Of a stretch of 64,000 nucleotides of DNA, positions 27,581-37,220 are shown piece by piece. Position numbers and translations under genes: made by a program. Below the pieces are notes generated by a model. It saw nothing but the letters and a program-made list of their open reading frames with translations. It was not told where the DNA came from and searched no databases. Positions within the stretch are counted from its first letter, which is position 1. The number at the start of each line of letters is the position of its first letter. Origin of the DNA: a virus; IMG/VR virus record IMGVR_UViG_3300022562_002256, positions 96,001 through 160,000 of that record; one strand, given 5' to 3'.

Positions 27581-27943
27581 TCAGTCTTTCCAGTAGTATT
27601 CGGTTGGGTGGGCCAGCTCACCGCACCGCCACCGCTCGGCCGCGCGCTCCTCCTCCTTTGAGTAGGGTCGGCAGAGGTGCTGGATGCATCGAGCGCAGTG
27701 CCAACAATCATCGTCTCCGTCGCACGCTCGCACCGGCACACACAACCCGTCGTGACAGAACCCCGGGTGGTCCAGCGGAGTCGAACACGCAAGCCCCTCC
27801 CTTGCGGGGAGCACGGGGCCGGCGGGATCGAAATGTTTGCAAGGTGCGATGTTCCACGGTATGGACGGCCGCGAGGCCCTTACCGCCTCGTCGTCGACAC
27901 ACGCCGCGACCGCCATTAGCATTAGCAGTATCACCGGTCTCAT
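27581..27943 (-). CDS. Cys-rich lipoprotein
   Basis: MRPVILLMLMAVAA-C lipobox; CDGDDDC and C-x4-C motifs. Confidence 0.65.
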   Translation of the reverse strand: MRPVILLMLMAVAACVDDEAVRASRPSIPWNIAPCKHFDPAGPVLPAREGLACSTPLDHPGFCHDGLCVPVRACDGDDDCWHCARCIQHLCRPYSKEEERAAERWRCGELAHPTEYYWKD

Positions 27944-28022
27944 CGAATTCTCCTCACACCGTGTAGCTGTGCAAATTGGGATGACGCGTCACCCCGCGTG
28001 TCACCCGCCTCGCCGTGCGGGT

Positions 28023-28652
28023 TCATGTCGACGCCCGTTCGGTCCCCGGGGGCGCCTCATCGTCGACCATCTCCCATGCCCGGCTGTAGACCACCTTTGC
28101 GAACAGCGCCGCGACGCCGGTCAACTGCTTGTACCTGAACACGGCGTCCTCCTCGATGCCGAGCTTCGTAGCGATGTCCGCGTCAGAAAGCCCCTGCTCG
28201 ACCAACTTGCGGATCAGGTCCGCATCCAAGTCCACTTGATGCACCCCGCGCGCTTTATTGAACCTCCACGTGGCAGCAAGCCGCTGCGCCATCGTCAGCC
28301 GGAGCATCACCAGGGGCAGGTAGTCACAGTCGAGCCACCCAACACCGAGCACGAGCTTGCGGTGTGCCCCGTCCACCACCACGAACCGCTCCTGGTCATC
28401 ATCCCAGATCACCACGATCGGGAAGCAGAAGCCGCTCTCGACGATGTTTTCGACGAGGCACTCGAGCTTATCCCCGCTCACGTTGTTAGGATTATACAGA
28501 TTTTCCAGAACAAGTACGGGGCGCACCAGCCAGGTGTTGCAGCACGGCACCTCGATCCGGCCGCGAGTGCGCGAGGTGATGAATACCGGCTCGAGTGCTG
28601 CGCGCGCCGCGTGAAACTGCTCAATCGTGTCGATGCACACTACCGACATCAC
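28023..28652 (-). CDS. ibrB: ParB/Srx-domain protein, IbrB/YbdM-like
   Basis: NLYNPNNV...GFCFPIV...VVDGAHR...ATWRFNKARGVH plus C-terminal HTH. Confidence 0.85.
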   Translation of the reverse strand: MMSVVCIDTIEQFHAARAALEPVFITSRTRGRIEVPCCNTWLVRPVLVLENLYNPNNVSGDKLECLVENIVESGFCFPIVVIWDDDQERFVVVDGAHRKLVLGVGWLDCDYLPLVMLRLTMAQRLAATWRFNKARGVHQVDLDADLIRKLVEQGLSDADIATKLGIEEDAVFRYKQLTGVAALFAKVVYSRAWEMVDDEAPPGTERAST

Positions 28653-29791
28653 AGCACCTCATCGTAGTAGCGGATCAACTCATCGCGAGGGTCGGGGCGG
28701 TTGTCCACCACCAGGTTGTTCTCGTAGTCGTTCAGCGCCACCTGTCGGCACTGCTGTCGAGCCACGTACTCGTTCGTCAGATGGCGGCGGAACCGCTCGA
28801 CGAACAGGTGCCTTCGCTCTTCATCGGGGTGGGTGGCCAGCAAGAAGTCCCTGTACGCCACCCACGATCGGAAGTTTTTCGGCAGCTTGGCGACACGGAA
28901 CATCTTTGCGTCCCGCCCCGTCTCCGCTGCAAGCGCGATGCCCTTCACGCGCTTGAGGAGTCGGTTGTACGTCGCGGGCTCGAATTCCTGGAGGTCGGTG
29001 AGGCACTTGAACGACTTCTCGTGGATGAGCGACGAGACGCGCATCGCCTCGGGCGCGTACCCCTTCTTGTGCTGGAGGTCGTAGATCTTGGAGTACCTCA
29101 CACCGTGATCGTGGACGTACCGCCAGATGTCGTGGAACTGCCAATCGTAGATCGGGTAGAGTGTCCAGTTTTCCTCTTTTCTGGTGCCCCAGTAGACCGA
29201 GTGATCGCCGATGGTGACTGGGTTCTTCGCGACGGCGCGCCAGCGGTTGATCGACTCTCCGCTCGCCCGGATGCCCACCAGGAACGCGGTCCGCGAGTAG
29301 CACCGCGAGAACGTGTCGATCACGTCGTAGAAGCCGAACCCCTTGTTCTTGTCGCGGATGGTCTCCTTCTCCGGCGGCCAGAATTTCGCCTTGATCGCGT
29401 CGTCGCGTTTGTGGCGCATCCAGGTCTTGTGCTTGCCGGGATCCCACGCGCCGAGCTGCCCTTCCTCGCGACTCGTCGCATTGGTGAGGTTGAACGGGAT
29501 CTGGAGCCACTGTTTGATGGTCACCCCGGGGAACAGCTCCATGAGGTAGGCCACTTGCTCGACGCTGCTCTGGTACATGACCTCCTCGTCGAGGACATGG
29601 ACGCCGATGCGCACTCCCCGCCGCGCCGCCTCCGTCAGGGCGAGGTGCGCGAGCACCGTGCTGTCCTTGCCACCAGACACCGACACGATGATCCCGTTGA
29701 GCGAGCCGTCCGCCACCCGGTCGAACACCCACCCGATGCGACGCTGTGCGGCTTCGAGGACCGACTCACCCGTGAAGTGCTGCCTGGGCAT
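28649..29791 (-). CDS. ibrA: PAPS-reductase-family protein, IbrA/YbdN (DUF3440)-like
   Basis: VSVSGGKDS PP-loop, DEE, LVGIRASGESINR, YPIYDW, MRVSSLIH. Confidence 0.85.
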   Translation of the reverse strand: MPRQHFTGESVLEAAQRRIGWVFDRVADGSLNGIIVSVSGGKDSTVLAHLALTEAARRGVRIGVHVLDEEVMYQSSVEQVAYLMELFPGVTIKQWLQIPFNLTNATSREEGQLGAWDPGKHKTWMRHKRDDAIKAKFWPPEKETIRDKNKGFGFYDVIDTFSRCYSRTAFLVGIRASGESINRWRAVAKNPVTIGDHSVYWGTRKEENWTLYPIYDWQFHDIWRYVHDHGVRYSKIYDLQHKKGYAPEAMRVSSLIHEKSFKCLTDLQEFEPATYNRLLKRVKGIALAAETGRDAKMFRVAKLPKNFRSWVAYRDFLLATHPDEERRHLFVERFRRHLTNEYVARQQCRQVALNDYENNLVVDNRPDPRDELIRYYDEVL

Positions 29792-30695
29792 CCGCCAGTC
29801 TCCTCGCCCACCCCTCGAACCGTTCCTGATACCACCGCTCAGCCTTCGTGTCGGCCACCAACACATCGACCGTGCTCTGCCGTGTGATGGCGAGGAAATC
29901 CGTCATGTCCAGGAAGTTGTGTGGCAACTCGAGCACCGTCCGGTGCACCTCGTCGCGCACGTCGCGGTAGGTAGCCAAGTTGGGTAGTCGGAAGCGGTTG
30001 TTGCGCCCGATGTACGAACGGGCGGGGTCCACGTGCGCGAGCTTCGCCTTCCCAGTGACAAGAAGCAGGTTCCGCGGGATCTGATGGGGGTCCTTCTCCG
30101 GGTCGCCGCGCACCATGTCGAACAGCGCAGCCCGCTCCTTGGCATAGGCGGCATGCACGGCCGCGTCCGTGGTGATGTGGTGGAACCGAAAACTCACCGG
30201 CGTCGGCGTGTGGTGGAGCGAGGCTTCCCGCAGCAACTCGCGGGTGAGCGTGCGTTCGTGCTTCCACCTGCTCTCGGTAACGAAATCGAACAGCACCCCG
30301 AAGTCCTCGACGGTGTCGATCATGGGGAGGTACTGGAAGACGAGGCAGTGGGGCGTCTGGAGTAGGTAACGTCGGATGCAGTTATAGGACAGATCGTAGC
30401 GGTCCTGCACCCGCATGCACTCATTCAGCACGACCAGCACCGACGGGTCGATGCGTTGCTGGAGGTCGTAATACACCCGGTACCAGAAGACCTTGGCGTG
30501 CTCGACGTCGTGACACGGAAGCACGTCGACAGGAAAGCGGCGATGCGGTGGCGAGATGAGGACCACCTGTTTGATGCCGGCGTGCCCGGCCACGTAGCGT
30601 CGCACCACGTCGGCCTTTGCCGCCCCGTCGAGCCCTAGATAGATCGCGCGGTCCAACGCCACCTCACGGAGTTCTCGGCGATCCATCCGATGCAC
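29766..30695 (-). CDS. hypothetical protein resembling a degenerate SNF2 N-terminal lobe
   Basis: VVLNECMR...YNCIRRYL...LVFQYLPMIDTVEDF..LFDF echoes motifs II/III; no Walker A seen. Confidence 0.5.
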   Translation of the reverse strand: MHRMDRRELREVALDRAIYLGLDGAAKADVVRRYVAGHAGIKQVVLISPPHRRFPVDVLPCHDVEHAKVFWYRVYYDLQQRIDPSVLVVLNECMRVQDRYDLSYNCIRRYLLQTPHCLVFQYLPMIDTVEDFGVLFDFVTESRWKHERTLTRELLREASLHHTPTPVSFRFHHITTDAAVHAAYAKERAALFDMVRGDPEKDPHQIPRNLLLVTGKAKLAHVDPARSYIGRNNRFRLPNLATYRDVRDEVHRTVLELPHNFLDMTDFLAITRQSTVDVLVADTKAERWYQERFEGWARRLADAQAALHG

Positions 30696-31261
30696 GTGGC
30701 GTTGATATCACTCATGGTGAAGCGGCCCCCACGCTCTACAAACGCCCGACCCGTGTTGCCATATCCACAGCACGGGTCACCCACGTGCAAGTATCGTGCC
30801 GCGAGATCATCGAGCACGTCGGTGGTGACATCGCCATCCGGTGCGAGCGTCGTGCGATAGACGAGCGCGACGCACCGCCCATTTCGATGGAGGTCATCGG
30901 GGAACCTCAGCGCGAGGCTCTGCTCCGGCGCTGGCATGTAGCGCACCAGGGATGGCGCCGTGACGATGCACGCCGGCACGGCCATGCGACTGACCATCCC
31001 CGACAATGCCTCCAGGTATTCGGCGAACGACGTCGTCCCCTCGCTCCCCGCGCGGTCCTGAAAGATCCTGTAGCCGGGGCGCCACGCCATCTCGGTGTAG
31101 AGCACGTCACAGTCACCATACTCGGCCGGAAGTACCCCTCCGTGCGCGGCCATGTCGTACACGAACGCGACCGACCCGTCGCGTTCGAACCGCTCGGCAG
31201 GCTGCGCGTCGTTCGGCGGATGAAGGGCCGAGTGGTAGGTTACACGTGCTTTCGTAGCCAT
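30635..31261 (-). CDS. methyltransferase-fold protein with altered catalytic motif
   Basis: DVLYTEMAW at the DPPW position; VGDPCCGYG SAM motif; MSDIN. Confidence 0.6.
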   Translation of the reverse strand: MATKARVTYHSALHPPNDAQPAERFERDGSVAFVYDMAAHGGVLPAEYGDCDVLYTEMAWRPGYRIFQDRAGSEGTTSFAEYLEALSGMVSRMAVPACIVTAPSLVRYMPAPEQSLALRFPDDLHRNGRCVALVYRTTLAPDGDVTTDVLDDLAARYLHVGDPCCGYGNTGRAFVERGGRFTMSDINATCIGWIAENSVRWRWTARSI

Positions 31262-31854
31262 TCGGCAGTCCTATCGAGGCGTGTGGCGTTGAGTTCTGTG
31301 CCCCGGAACGTCGCCCCGATGGCGTGAGTGACGCGCGCTGTCATACCAAGGCCGGTGCACGGGTCGAGCACCACGGTCCCCGGCTGCACGCAGGCGTTGA
31401 GCGCTGCCCTGGTCACCCCCTCACCGTGTGGCGGCACCGGCATGACGACATTGACGTCGGTCGCCCCGTAGAGCGACAGCGTGTTCGGCAATGGCTTTTT
31501 CTTGGGGCCATAGAGGATTGTCCATCGACGGCGCGGTGGGCGTCCAACGCTGGTCATCGCCGCGTCTAACTCGTCAACCCACCTGATGCCCATCTCCACG
31601 AACACCGGCGCGGCGGGGCGCGAGAACGTCGACACGGCAGCACAAAATGCCGCCAAAAAGCCGGGCCACGACGTGCGCGGCTCCGCTCCTCGAGCCATCA
31701 CGGTGTGCCAATAGCGCTGATTCCCCGGGCCCCACGGCGGGTCGCTGTACACCACGTCGGCGAGTTCATCACCCATGAGGGTCGCGACGACCCCCGATGT
31801 CAGGTCGCCGCACAACACCCGGTGCTTGCCGATCTCAAGAATTTGCCCTAACAC
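31240..31854 (-). CDS. small beta-class amino-methyltransferase
   Basis: HRVLCGDL, VYSDPPW, VLDPCTGLG, GTELN. Confidence 0.75.
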   Translation of the reverse strand: MLGQILEIGKHRVLCGDLTSGVVATLMGDELADVVYSDPPWGPGNQRYWHTVMARGAEPRTSWPGFLAAFCAAVSTFSRPAAPVFVEMGIRWVDELDAAMTSVGRPPRRRWTILYGPKKKPLPNTLSLYGATDVNVVMPVPPHGEGVTRAALNACVQPGTVVLDPCTGLGMTARVTHAIGATFRGTELNATRLDRTAEWLRKHV

Positions 31855-32180
31855 CTTTTCTCGGTCCCTTTAACCACCGTGATGAGCGCCGGGTGGCGGC
31901 CGTGCTCGTCCGCCACCACATAGAACCGGAGCCTGTGCGGACGAGCACCACGCCACAGATCGGCGAGCTTCCCATCGATTAGGTAGGGAAGGGCACGCAC
32001 ACGATGAGCTCGCTCGCTTTCAACGATGAGGCACTCGAGCGCATCGGCAAACGATGCGCCAGGTACCACCCGTTTGCGGTACCGGCGCACCGCATGAGGC
32101 GTGATAAACCACCGGCCACGTGCTCCCACGACGCCACCATAAGGCTCCACCACCGTGTCGCAAGGCGGCGGTATCGTCAC
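31848..32180 (-). CDS. hypothetical protein (ITPHAVRRY motif)
   Basis: ATGA coupling; recurrent phage motif. Confidence 0.55.
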   Translation of the reverse strand: MTIPPPCDTVVEPYGGVVGARGRWFITPHAVRRYRKRVVPGASFADALECLIVESERAHRVRALPYLIDGKLADLWRGARPHRLRFYVVADEHGRHPALITVVKGTEKRC

Positions 32181-32485
32181 GTGCCGTACCGGCGAGTCAG
32201 GGCAGCCTTGCCAGCATCAATGAGCGCGGCGGGGTCCTGGCCGATCTCGCGACAGAACCCTGGCCGCTGCACGGCTTGCCACGCCCGCTCGATGGCGGCG
32301 GTATCGTCACCATGGCCACCAAGGCTCGCAGCGAGACGCAGGGCGCGCCGCCAGTCGCCGACGGCCACCAAGCGCCTGAGCGTGTCGCGAGGCCGCTCAG
32401 GCTCGCCTTCCGCCCTACCGCTGGGCATCGTCGGCGGCCGTGGTCGCCTGGCACCGACCTTGGGCATTCGGATCATGGCGGTCAT
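32177..32485 (-). CDS. conserved small phage protein
   Basis: GDWRRALRLAA...IERAWQA...P.FCREIGQDP..LI..G..AL..RY. Confidence 0.6.
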   Translation of the reverse strand: MTAMIRMPKVGARRPRPPTMPSGRAEGEPERPRDTLRRLVAVGDWRRALRLAASLGGHGDDTAAIERAWQAVQRPGFCREIGQDPAALIDAGKAALTRRYGT

Positions 32486-32895
32486 GGACGGGGCCCGCGC
32501 GCCGCCAGATCCTTGAGCGCCTTGCCGACCGGGGTGGCGGCGTAGTCGCCACCGGCGTACACCTCGTCGGCGGAATCGAGACTTGGGAAGCACTTCATCG
32601 TGGGGTCGTCGTCACGCCGCTCCGCCACGGCGCCAAAGAACTCATCAACCCGCCCCACAGGCACATCGACCACTGTCATCGTCAGCGATGGTAGGTCAGC
32701 CACCTCGTACAGCCCGGTGTCGGCAGCGAGCACAGCCGAGTGGCCCAAGTGAGTTGCCCACTCCACGCAATCGGTTGCGGCGGCGTCCATGAGCACATGG
32801 ATCTTCCCCCGCACGATCTGCTGCCACTGCCCCCCGCACGCCTGGATGGCACTCGTCTCTTGCATGGGTCGTTGCGGATGCACGATGCGTGCCAT
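32482..32895 (-). CDS. hypothetical protein
   Basis: Coupled ORF. Confidence 0.45.
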   Translation of the reverse strand: MARIVHPQRPMQETSAIQACGGQWQQIVRGKIHVLMDAAATDCVEWATHLGHSAVLAADTGLYEVADLPSLTMTVVDVPVGRVDEFFGAVAERRDDDPTMKCFPSLDSADEVYAGGDYAATPVGKALKDLAARGPRP

Positions 32896-32903
32896 CTCGG
32901 CAC

Positions 32904-33473
32904 TCAGCGTCGTCGACTCGTCGGCCGGAGTACCCACGACGCCACCTCCGCATATCCGACCGCCTTGCCATCGACGAACACGTCCACCACAGGGGTGTCG
33001 GACTCGACCGACGCCATCGTGCCGCTGGCGATGTCGCCAAGCAACCTCTCTGCGACTTTGAGCGCGTTTCCGTACCCCTCAGCGTATTCCTCGGCACGGT
33101 CGGTCGTGCCGATTGGGCAGCGTGCAAGAGTTGCGATGGCGTCTATGGCGTAGATCACCCCGATGTCGATCGCGGTGCGCCCGCGATAGGCCCCGCCTCG
33201 ATCCATCACGGCCCGCAGACCTCGGTCGATGTCGCCAAGTGTTACCCGCTCGCCGGCGGGGCCGACCAACGTTGCTGCGTCGTCGGCGGCCGTCGTCCAC
33301 CCCCGGTTCTGAAGGTAGCGCGAATATGCCCCTACGAGGTGAGATCTGGAGCTGCTCACAATGACATCGATTGGGTTGCCATCCTCGTCATGGACACGGC
33401 ACGGCCACCGAGGGATGCCGCTCTTGAGCATCCGACAGACGCCGAGCGTGTCGAGTTGTTCTTGTATCGTCAT
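32904..33473 (-). CDS. hypothetical protein
   Basis: In operon order. Confidence 0.5.
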   Translation of the reverse strand: MTIQEQLDTLGVCRMLKSGIPRWPCRVHDEDGNPIDVIVSSSRSHLVGAYSRYLQNRGWTTAADDAATLVGPAGERVTLGDIDRGLRAVMDRGGAYRGRTAIDIGVIYAIDAIATLARCPIGTTDRAEEYAEGYGNALKVAERLLGDIASGTMASVESDTPVVDVFVDGKAVGYAEVASWVLRPTSRRR

Positions 33474-33477
33474 GGTG

Positions 33478-34092
33478 TCACTCGCGAGGGGACACCGGCG
33501 CGGCAGCGCTGGGCACCACCACCACCGGCACGCTGGCGGCACGACACTGCGCCACGACCGAGGACACGTGGTCGGGGCGGAGCGGCGCGTCGAAGCCGGC
33601 GATGACCACGAGGTCGACGCCTTCTAGATTATGAAGGCGGCATGCCGAGCAGATGGACGGAAAGGCCGTAACCGAGTAGCGCTCATGACGCTCGCACGGC
33701 GCGCAATCGAGAATCAGGTCCTCAAGGGGCTCCACAACCAGCACGTGGGGCTTCGCCTTTACCGCGAGCAGCGCAGGCAGACCAGCAAGGTCTGCCTGTC
33801 GCCGCACGTGAAGCGCGGGGATCGACCTTGCCTCGTCAACGGCACGCCAAACTGAGAGGTCTTGCGTTGGCACGACGAGATACTGCTCCTTGGCCAACAG
33901 CGTCCAGTACACCAACGGAATACCACCGTTCCGGTTGATGACAATTAGCGAGGCGTCAGGTCTGACTCCGGTGGCGGCCAAGGTCACAATCACCGTCGAG
34001 GAGCGCGACACGATCCCCGGCGCGCACACCACGACCTGCGCGTCGGGAAGAGCCGCACCAGCTCTCCAGTCCCACGCCGCCCACGTCGTCAT
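33478..34092 (-). CDS. degenerate DUF5131 (Gp37/Gp68)-like protein, paralog 1
   Basis: W.W...LPDAQVVVCAP...DLAGLPALLAV...VEPL...VVIAGFDAPLRPDHV..VVAQCRAA. Confidence 0.6.
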   Translation of the reverse strand: MTTWAAWDWRAGAALPDAQVVVCAPGIVSRSSTVIVTLAATGVRPDASLIVINRNGGIPLVYWTLLAKEQYLVVPTQDLSVWRAVDEARSIPALHVRRQADLAGLPALLAVKAKPHVLVVEPLEDLILDCAPCERHERYSVTAFPSICSACRLHNLEGVDLVVIAGFDAPLRPDHVSSVVAQCRAASVPVVVVPSAAAPVSPRE

Positions 34093-34171
34093 TGCAGCCC
34101 CAACGCCGTTGCGAGCGCGTCGTCGTCCACCCACATGAGCATGATGCTCGCCGAGGGGATTCTAATCGCTG

Positions 34172-34561
34172 TCACGTGGCCACCTCATCGGTCAACACCA
34201 CCACCGTGTGCTCATCAGGAAGAACCGACACCACGCCCCGCACGTCGTCGCGCTGAAGCCACTCGTCAAGCATGTCCTGGAGCGCCTCTCGCGCCGCCCG
34301 TGGAAGCTCGGCGTCCCCGTGGTGACCTTCAAGGGCGCGATCGATGATGTCGTCCGCATCGATCGCGAAGGGCCGTGTGCGACCACCCCACACCCACTTC
34401 GGGGGCTCCTCTCCATCATCGTCCACCGCGCTGAGCAGATCGTCAACGCTGTCGTAGTACGTTTCGTCCTCGAGCCCCCGGAACACAGGGCCCGCCCACT
34501 CGGCGGCGGGCACCTTCCGTGCCGTGCGGTAGCAGCGAGCCCCGTACGTCTCGTATGTCAT
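34172..34561 (-). CDS. acidic hypothetical protein
   Basis: ATGA coupling. Confidence 0.55.
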   Translation of the reverse strand: MTYETYGARCYRTARKVPAAEWAGPVFRGLEDETYYDSVDDLLSAVDDDGEEPPKWVWGGRTRPFAIDADDIIDRALEGHHGDAELPRAAREALQDMLDEWLQRDDVRGVVSVLPDEHTVVVLTDEVAT

Positions 34562-35367
34562 AAGCCCTCTCCAGTGGTGGTCGGGGCCGCCTTGAGTATC
34601 CGCGCGAGGTGGTCGGGGATGTACACCCCACACGTCGGGCAGCGGTGGTCCTGCCCGCTGCACGGCTCGAGACGCTCGCCATCGCAACCCCCCTGGCATG
34701 CCCCGGGCGCGTCGGCCAAAATCTCGGCAACCACCTCAGCGCGCGTCATGTCGGGGAACCTCGTCCGCCCCCGGCCCGCGTAGCGCAGGCGCACACCATC
34801 GACACACCGCACGATTGCCTGCTCAATCATGCTGACCGGCCACGCTCGGTCGGTGCCGCGCCCCGCCTCGATTTGCCTCGCTTCCTCTTCGCCGATAACC
34901 CATGCTTGGTCCACACCATAAGTGTATCCCATCCCGCCGACTCGCCACCACACCACCGCGTCGCCACAGCACGTTCGTCTGTCCTGGATGCAGTAAAGCT
35001 GCTCCGATGGTTCCTGCGCGATGGCGTCGCGTCCAGCCAAGACCTGCGCCACGAACTCCGTGGCACGTTCGCGCAGCGTCACGGGGTCCACACCAACAGC
35101 GCGCAGTTCCTCGTCGGCTTCCTCGTCGGTCATGGAGGCGAGGCGCGCGAGCTCTGCGCGGTCCTCCGGCGTCAGCGCGGTGGTGTCGCCTGGCGCGCGG
35201 GCCGTGGCATCGCCGTCGAATTCATCAAGCGCCGCCCGCAACTCGCACAAATCGTCGCTCCACGACCCACTTAGCACCTCGATATCGGTGAGCCGCTGCT
35301 CGGCAACCCGAGCCCAATGAACCAAGTTTGCGACCCGAGCATCCGCCGGGCCATTCTCACCACTCAT
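34558..35367 (-). CDS. mosaic multi-module hypothetical protein
   Basis: GGAG RBS; modules shared with 12989 and 38242; central YCIQD.R...GDAVVWW...GYT...WP domain. Confidence 0.65.
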   Translation of the reverse strand: MSGENGPADARVANLVHWARVAEQRLTDIEVLSGSWSDDLCELRAALDEFDGDATARAPGDTTALTPEDRAELARLASMTDEEADEELRAVGVDPVTLRERATEFVAQVLAGRDAIAQEPSEQLYCIQDRRTCCGDAVVWWRVGGMGYTYGVDQAWVIGEEEARQIEAGRGTDRAWPVSMIEQAIVRCVDGVRLRYAGRGRTRFPDMTRAEVVAEILADAPGACQGGCDGERLEPCSGQDHRCPTCGVYIPDHLARILKAAPTTTGEGL

Positions 35368-35408
35368 ACGTTCTCCATATGTCACGGACGAGTGCAACAA
35401 CGCCAGGG

Positions 35409-36353
35409 TCACGGGGCTCCGCACAGCGCCTCCAGGGCATTCAGCCACGGCACAGGCACGGCGGCTGGCGGCCACCGGAGCGTGTTGCGGATGACCAACT
35501 CCCCCGTATCAACCCGCGACGCCGCTCGCGCTGCCACTCGCCGGGGGGCGGTCACCGCGGTCAGGTCGAAGCCGCCATACAACTCCCGCGTCCGCGGCGT
35601 GTCGCTGTTGCTCACGATCAGCAAGCACCCCCGTAGGTCGAGCTCGCGATAGACGGCGGCAAGGCGCGCATGCTCGGCCTCTGACCAGGCACCGCCAGCG
35701 TAACTCGTGAAGTCGCTCGTCGCGCTCAGCGGCACGTAGGGGGGGTCCAGGTACACCACGTCCCCCGGCTGTGCACCGCGTTCCGGCTCAAGGAGGTGCT
35801 CGTAGCTGGCCGCGAAGATGTGGGCGCCTTGCAGCGCCCGGCTCGCGGCGTAGATGTTGCGGCGGTCGTACACGGCGCGCCGCGGGTTCTTCCCCCACGG
35901 CGTGTTGTAAAGCCCGGCGCGGTTGAACCGACAAAGCCCGTTGAAGCCCATCTTGTTCAGGTACAGGAAGACCGCGGTGAGTTCACAGTCGTACATCCGC
36001 GCCTCGCCGCTCAGGTGCGCGTTGAACCGGGCCCGTTCCTCGAGGTATCGAGCCTCGCCGTTGGGCGCCTCGCCATTGCGACCGTGAGCCCGCACCAGGG
36101 CGTCCACGTTGGCCATCACGTTCGCGGCGTTGTCGCGAATCTCGCGGTGGAGCGCCACAAGCGACTCGTTCACGTCGGACAGCACCGCGCGAGGTGGCTG
36201 GAGGTAGAAGAACATCGCGCCGCCACCCACAAACGGCTCCCGGTACACGCGCTCGTTGATGTCGCGCGGCATGAGTTGCGCGAGCCGCGGTGCCAGCGCC
36301 CACTTGCCCCCAACCCATTTCAGGTACGGCCGCGCTTCTTTGGTCACTGACAT
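35409..36353 (-). CDS. dam: Dam-like DNA adenine methyltransferase (alpha class)
   Basis: PYLKWVGGK, YREPFVGGGA, LSDVN, FNGLCRFN, YLDPPY, SNSDT. Confidence 0.92.
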   Translation of the reverse strand: MSVTKEARPYLKWVGGKWALAPRLAQLMPRDINERVYREPFVGGGAMFFYLQPPRAVLSDVNESLVALHREIRDNAANVMANVDALVRAHGRNGEAPNGEARYLEERARFNAHLSGEARMYDCELTAVFLYLNKMGFNGLCRFNRAGLYNTPWGKNPRRAVYDRRNIYAASRALQGAHIFAASYEHLLEPERGAQPGDVVYLDPPYVPLSATSDFTSYAGGAWSEAEHARLAAVYRELDLRGCLLIVSNSDTPRTRELYGGFDLTAVTAPRRVAARAASRVDTGELVIRNTLRWPPAAVPVPWLNALEALCGAP

Positions 36354-36490
36354 CGCCGCACCACCCGCTCGATGAGAGTTATCTTGCATCGCAAACACCC
36401 ATCCGGTGGCAGCGCAAGCCCGAGAGCCCGTGCCAACCGCAGCACGTTCGCCCACCGGGCGCGCCACAACTTCGGGCGATCGATGGTCAT
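36344..36490 (-). CDS. small hypothetical protein
   Basis: Overlaps the dam start; 48 aa. Confidence 0.35.
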   Translation of the reverse strand: MTIDRPKLWRARWANVLRLARALGLALPPDGCLRCKITLIERVVRRCQ

Positions 36491-36638
36491 GGCCCAGCCC
36501 TCATACCAACCGTCGCCGGAACCGCCTCTCTGGTGAACGACGCCCCGAACGGGTGGCGCGGGTCGAACACTGTCGCGCTCTCGCGGTCCACAGCGCTCGG
36601 CAGCCGCTCCGGCGCACGCGGCTGGGACCAATTGGCGT

Positions 36639-36899
36639 TCATGTATCCTCGCGGCACAGGCTCGGAAAGCGGGTCTTAAAAAATTGGACTACCAGCGCCA
36701 AGTCGTCGTCCGGTATGACGGACGTTTCTGACAGAAGCGCTTGCACCCGTTTCAGGCTGAACCCTGCCATGCCCCACGTCAACACGAGGAGCAGCACCAT
36801 GCGATCGTGCTGATTTTCTGGGTTGGGGCGATGATACCCCGCGGTTGTGATTTTCCCGGATCGACAATCTCGACACCCACATGCTTTCATGATCGTCAC
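36639..36899 (-). CDS. small hypothetical protein
   Basis: In operon order. Confidence 0.35.
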   Translation of the reverse strand: MTIMKACGCRDCRSGKITTAGYHRPNPENQHDRMVLLLVLTWGMAGFSLKRVQALLSETSVIPDDDLALVVQFFKTRFPSLCREDT

Positions 36900-36911
36900 C
36901 TGCGCGTGGTC

Positions 36912-37193
36912 TCACCCGCCCCCCGGACGCGCCCACCAAAACCGCGTAGCCGCCTCCTTGCACGCCGCGACCCACCGCTCGACGACATCAGGGCCGTCGC
37001 ACTTGTCGCAAACGATGAAGTTGCCAGCCGTCCCCGGGCGGTCGTTCGCATAGACAAGTCGGAACATGTCGCCCACGGCAAACTTGTGCCCGCACAAGTA
37101 GCATCGGAAGCGCTCCCCGGGCTTGCCGCCACCCCACGCAGCCTTGCAGTTCGCCTCGGTTGCTGGACGAAGGGGTCGTTCAAAAATGTTCAT
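36912..37193 (-). CDS. small Zn-finger phage protein
   Basis: FRCYLCGHKF..GD...FIVCDKCDG. Confidence 0.6.
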   Translation of the reverse strand: MNIFERPLRPATEANCKAAWGGGKPGERFRCYLCGHKFAVGDMFRLVYANDRPGTAGNFIVCDKCDGPDVVERWVAACKEAATRFWWARPGGG

Positions 37194-37220
37194 GGGGGCC
37201 GTCTCCTGAACGTGTCGTCA

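Noticed and set aside
34509-34524. Sigma-54-like match CGGCACGGAAGGTGCC
   Set aside because: Inside a CDS, lacks W at -11, and has no start at the expected spacing; treated as a chance hit
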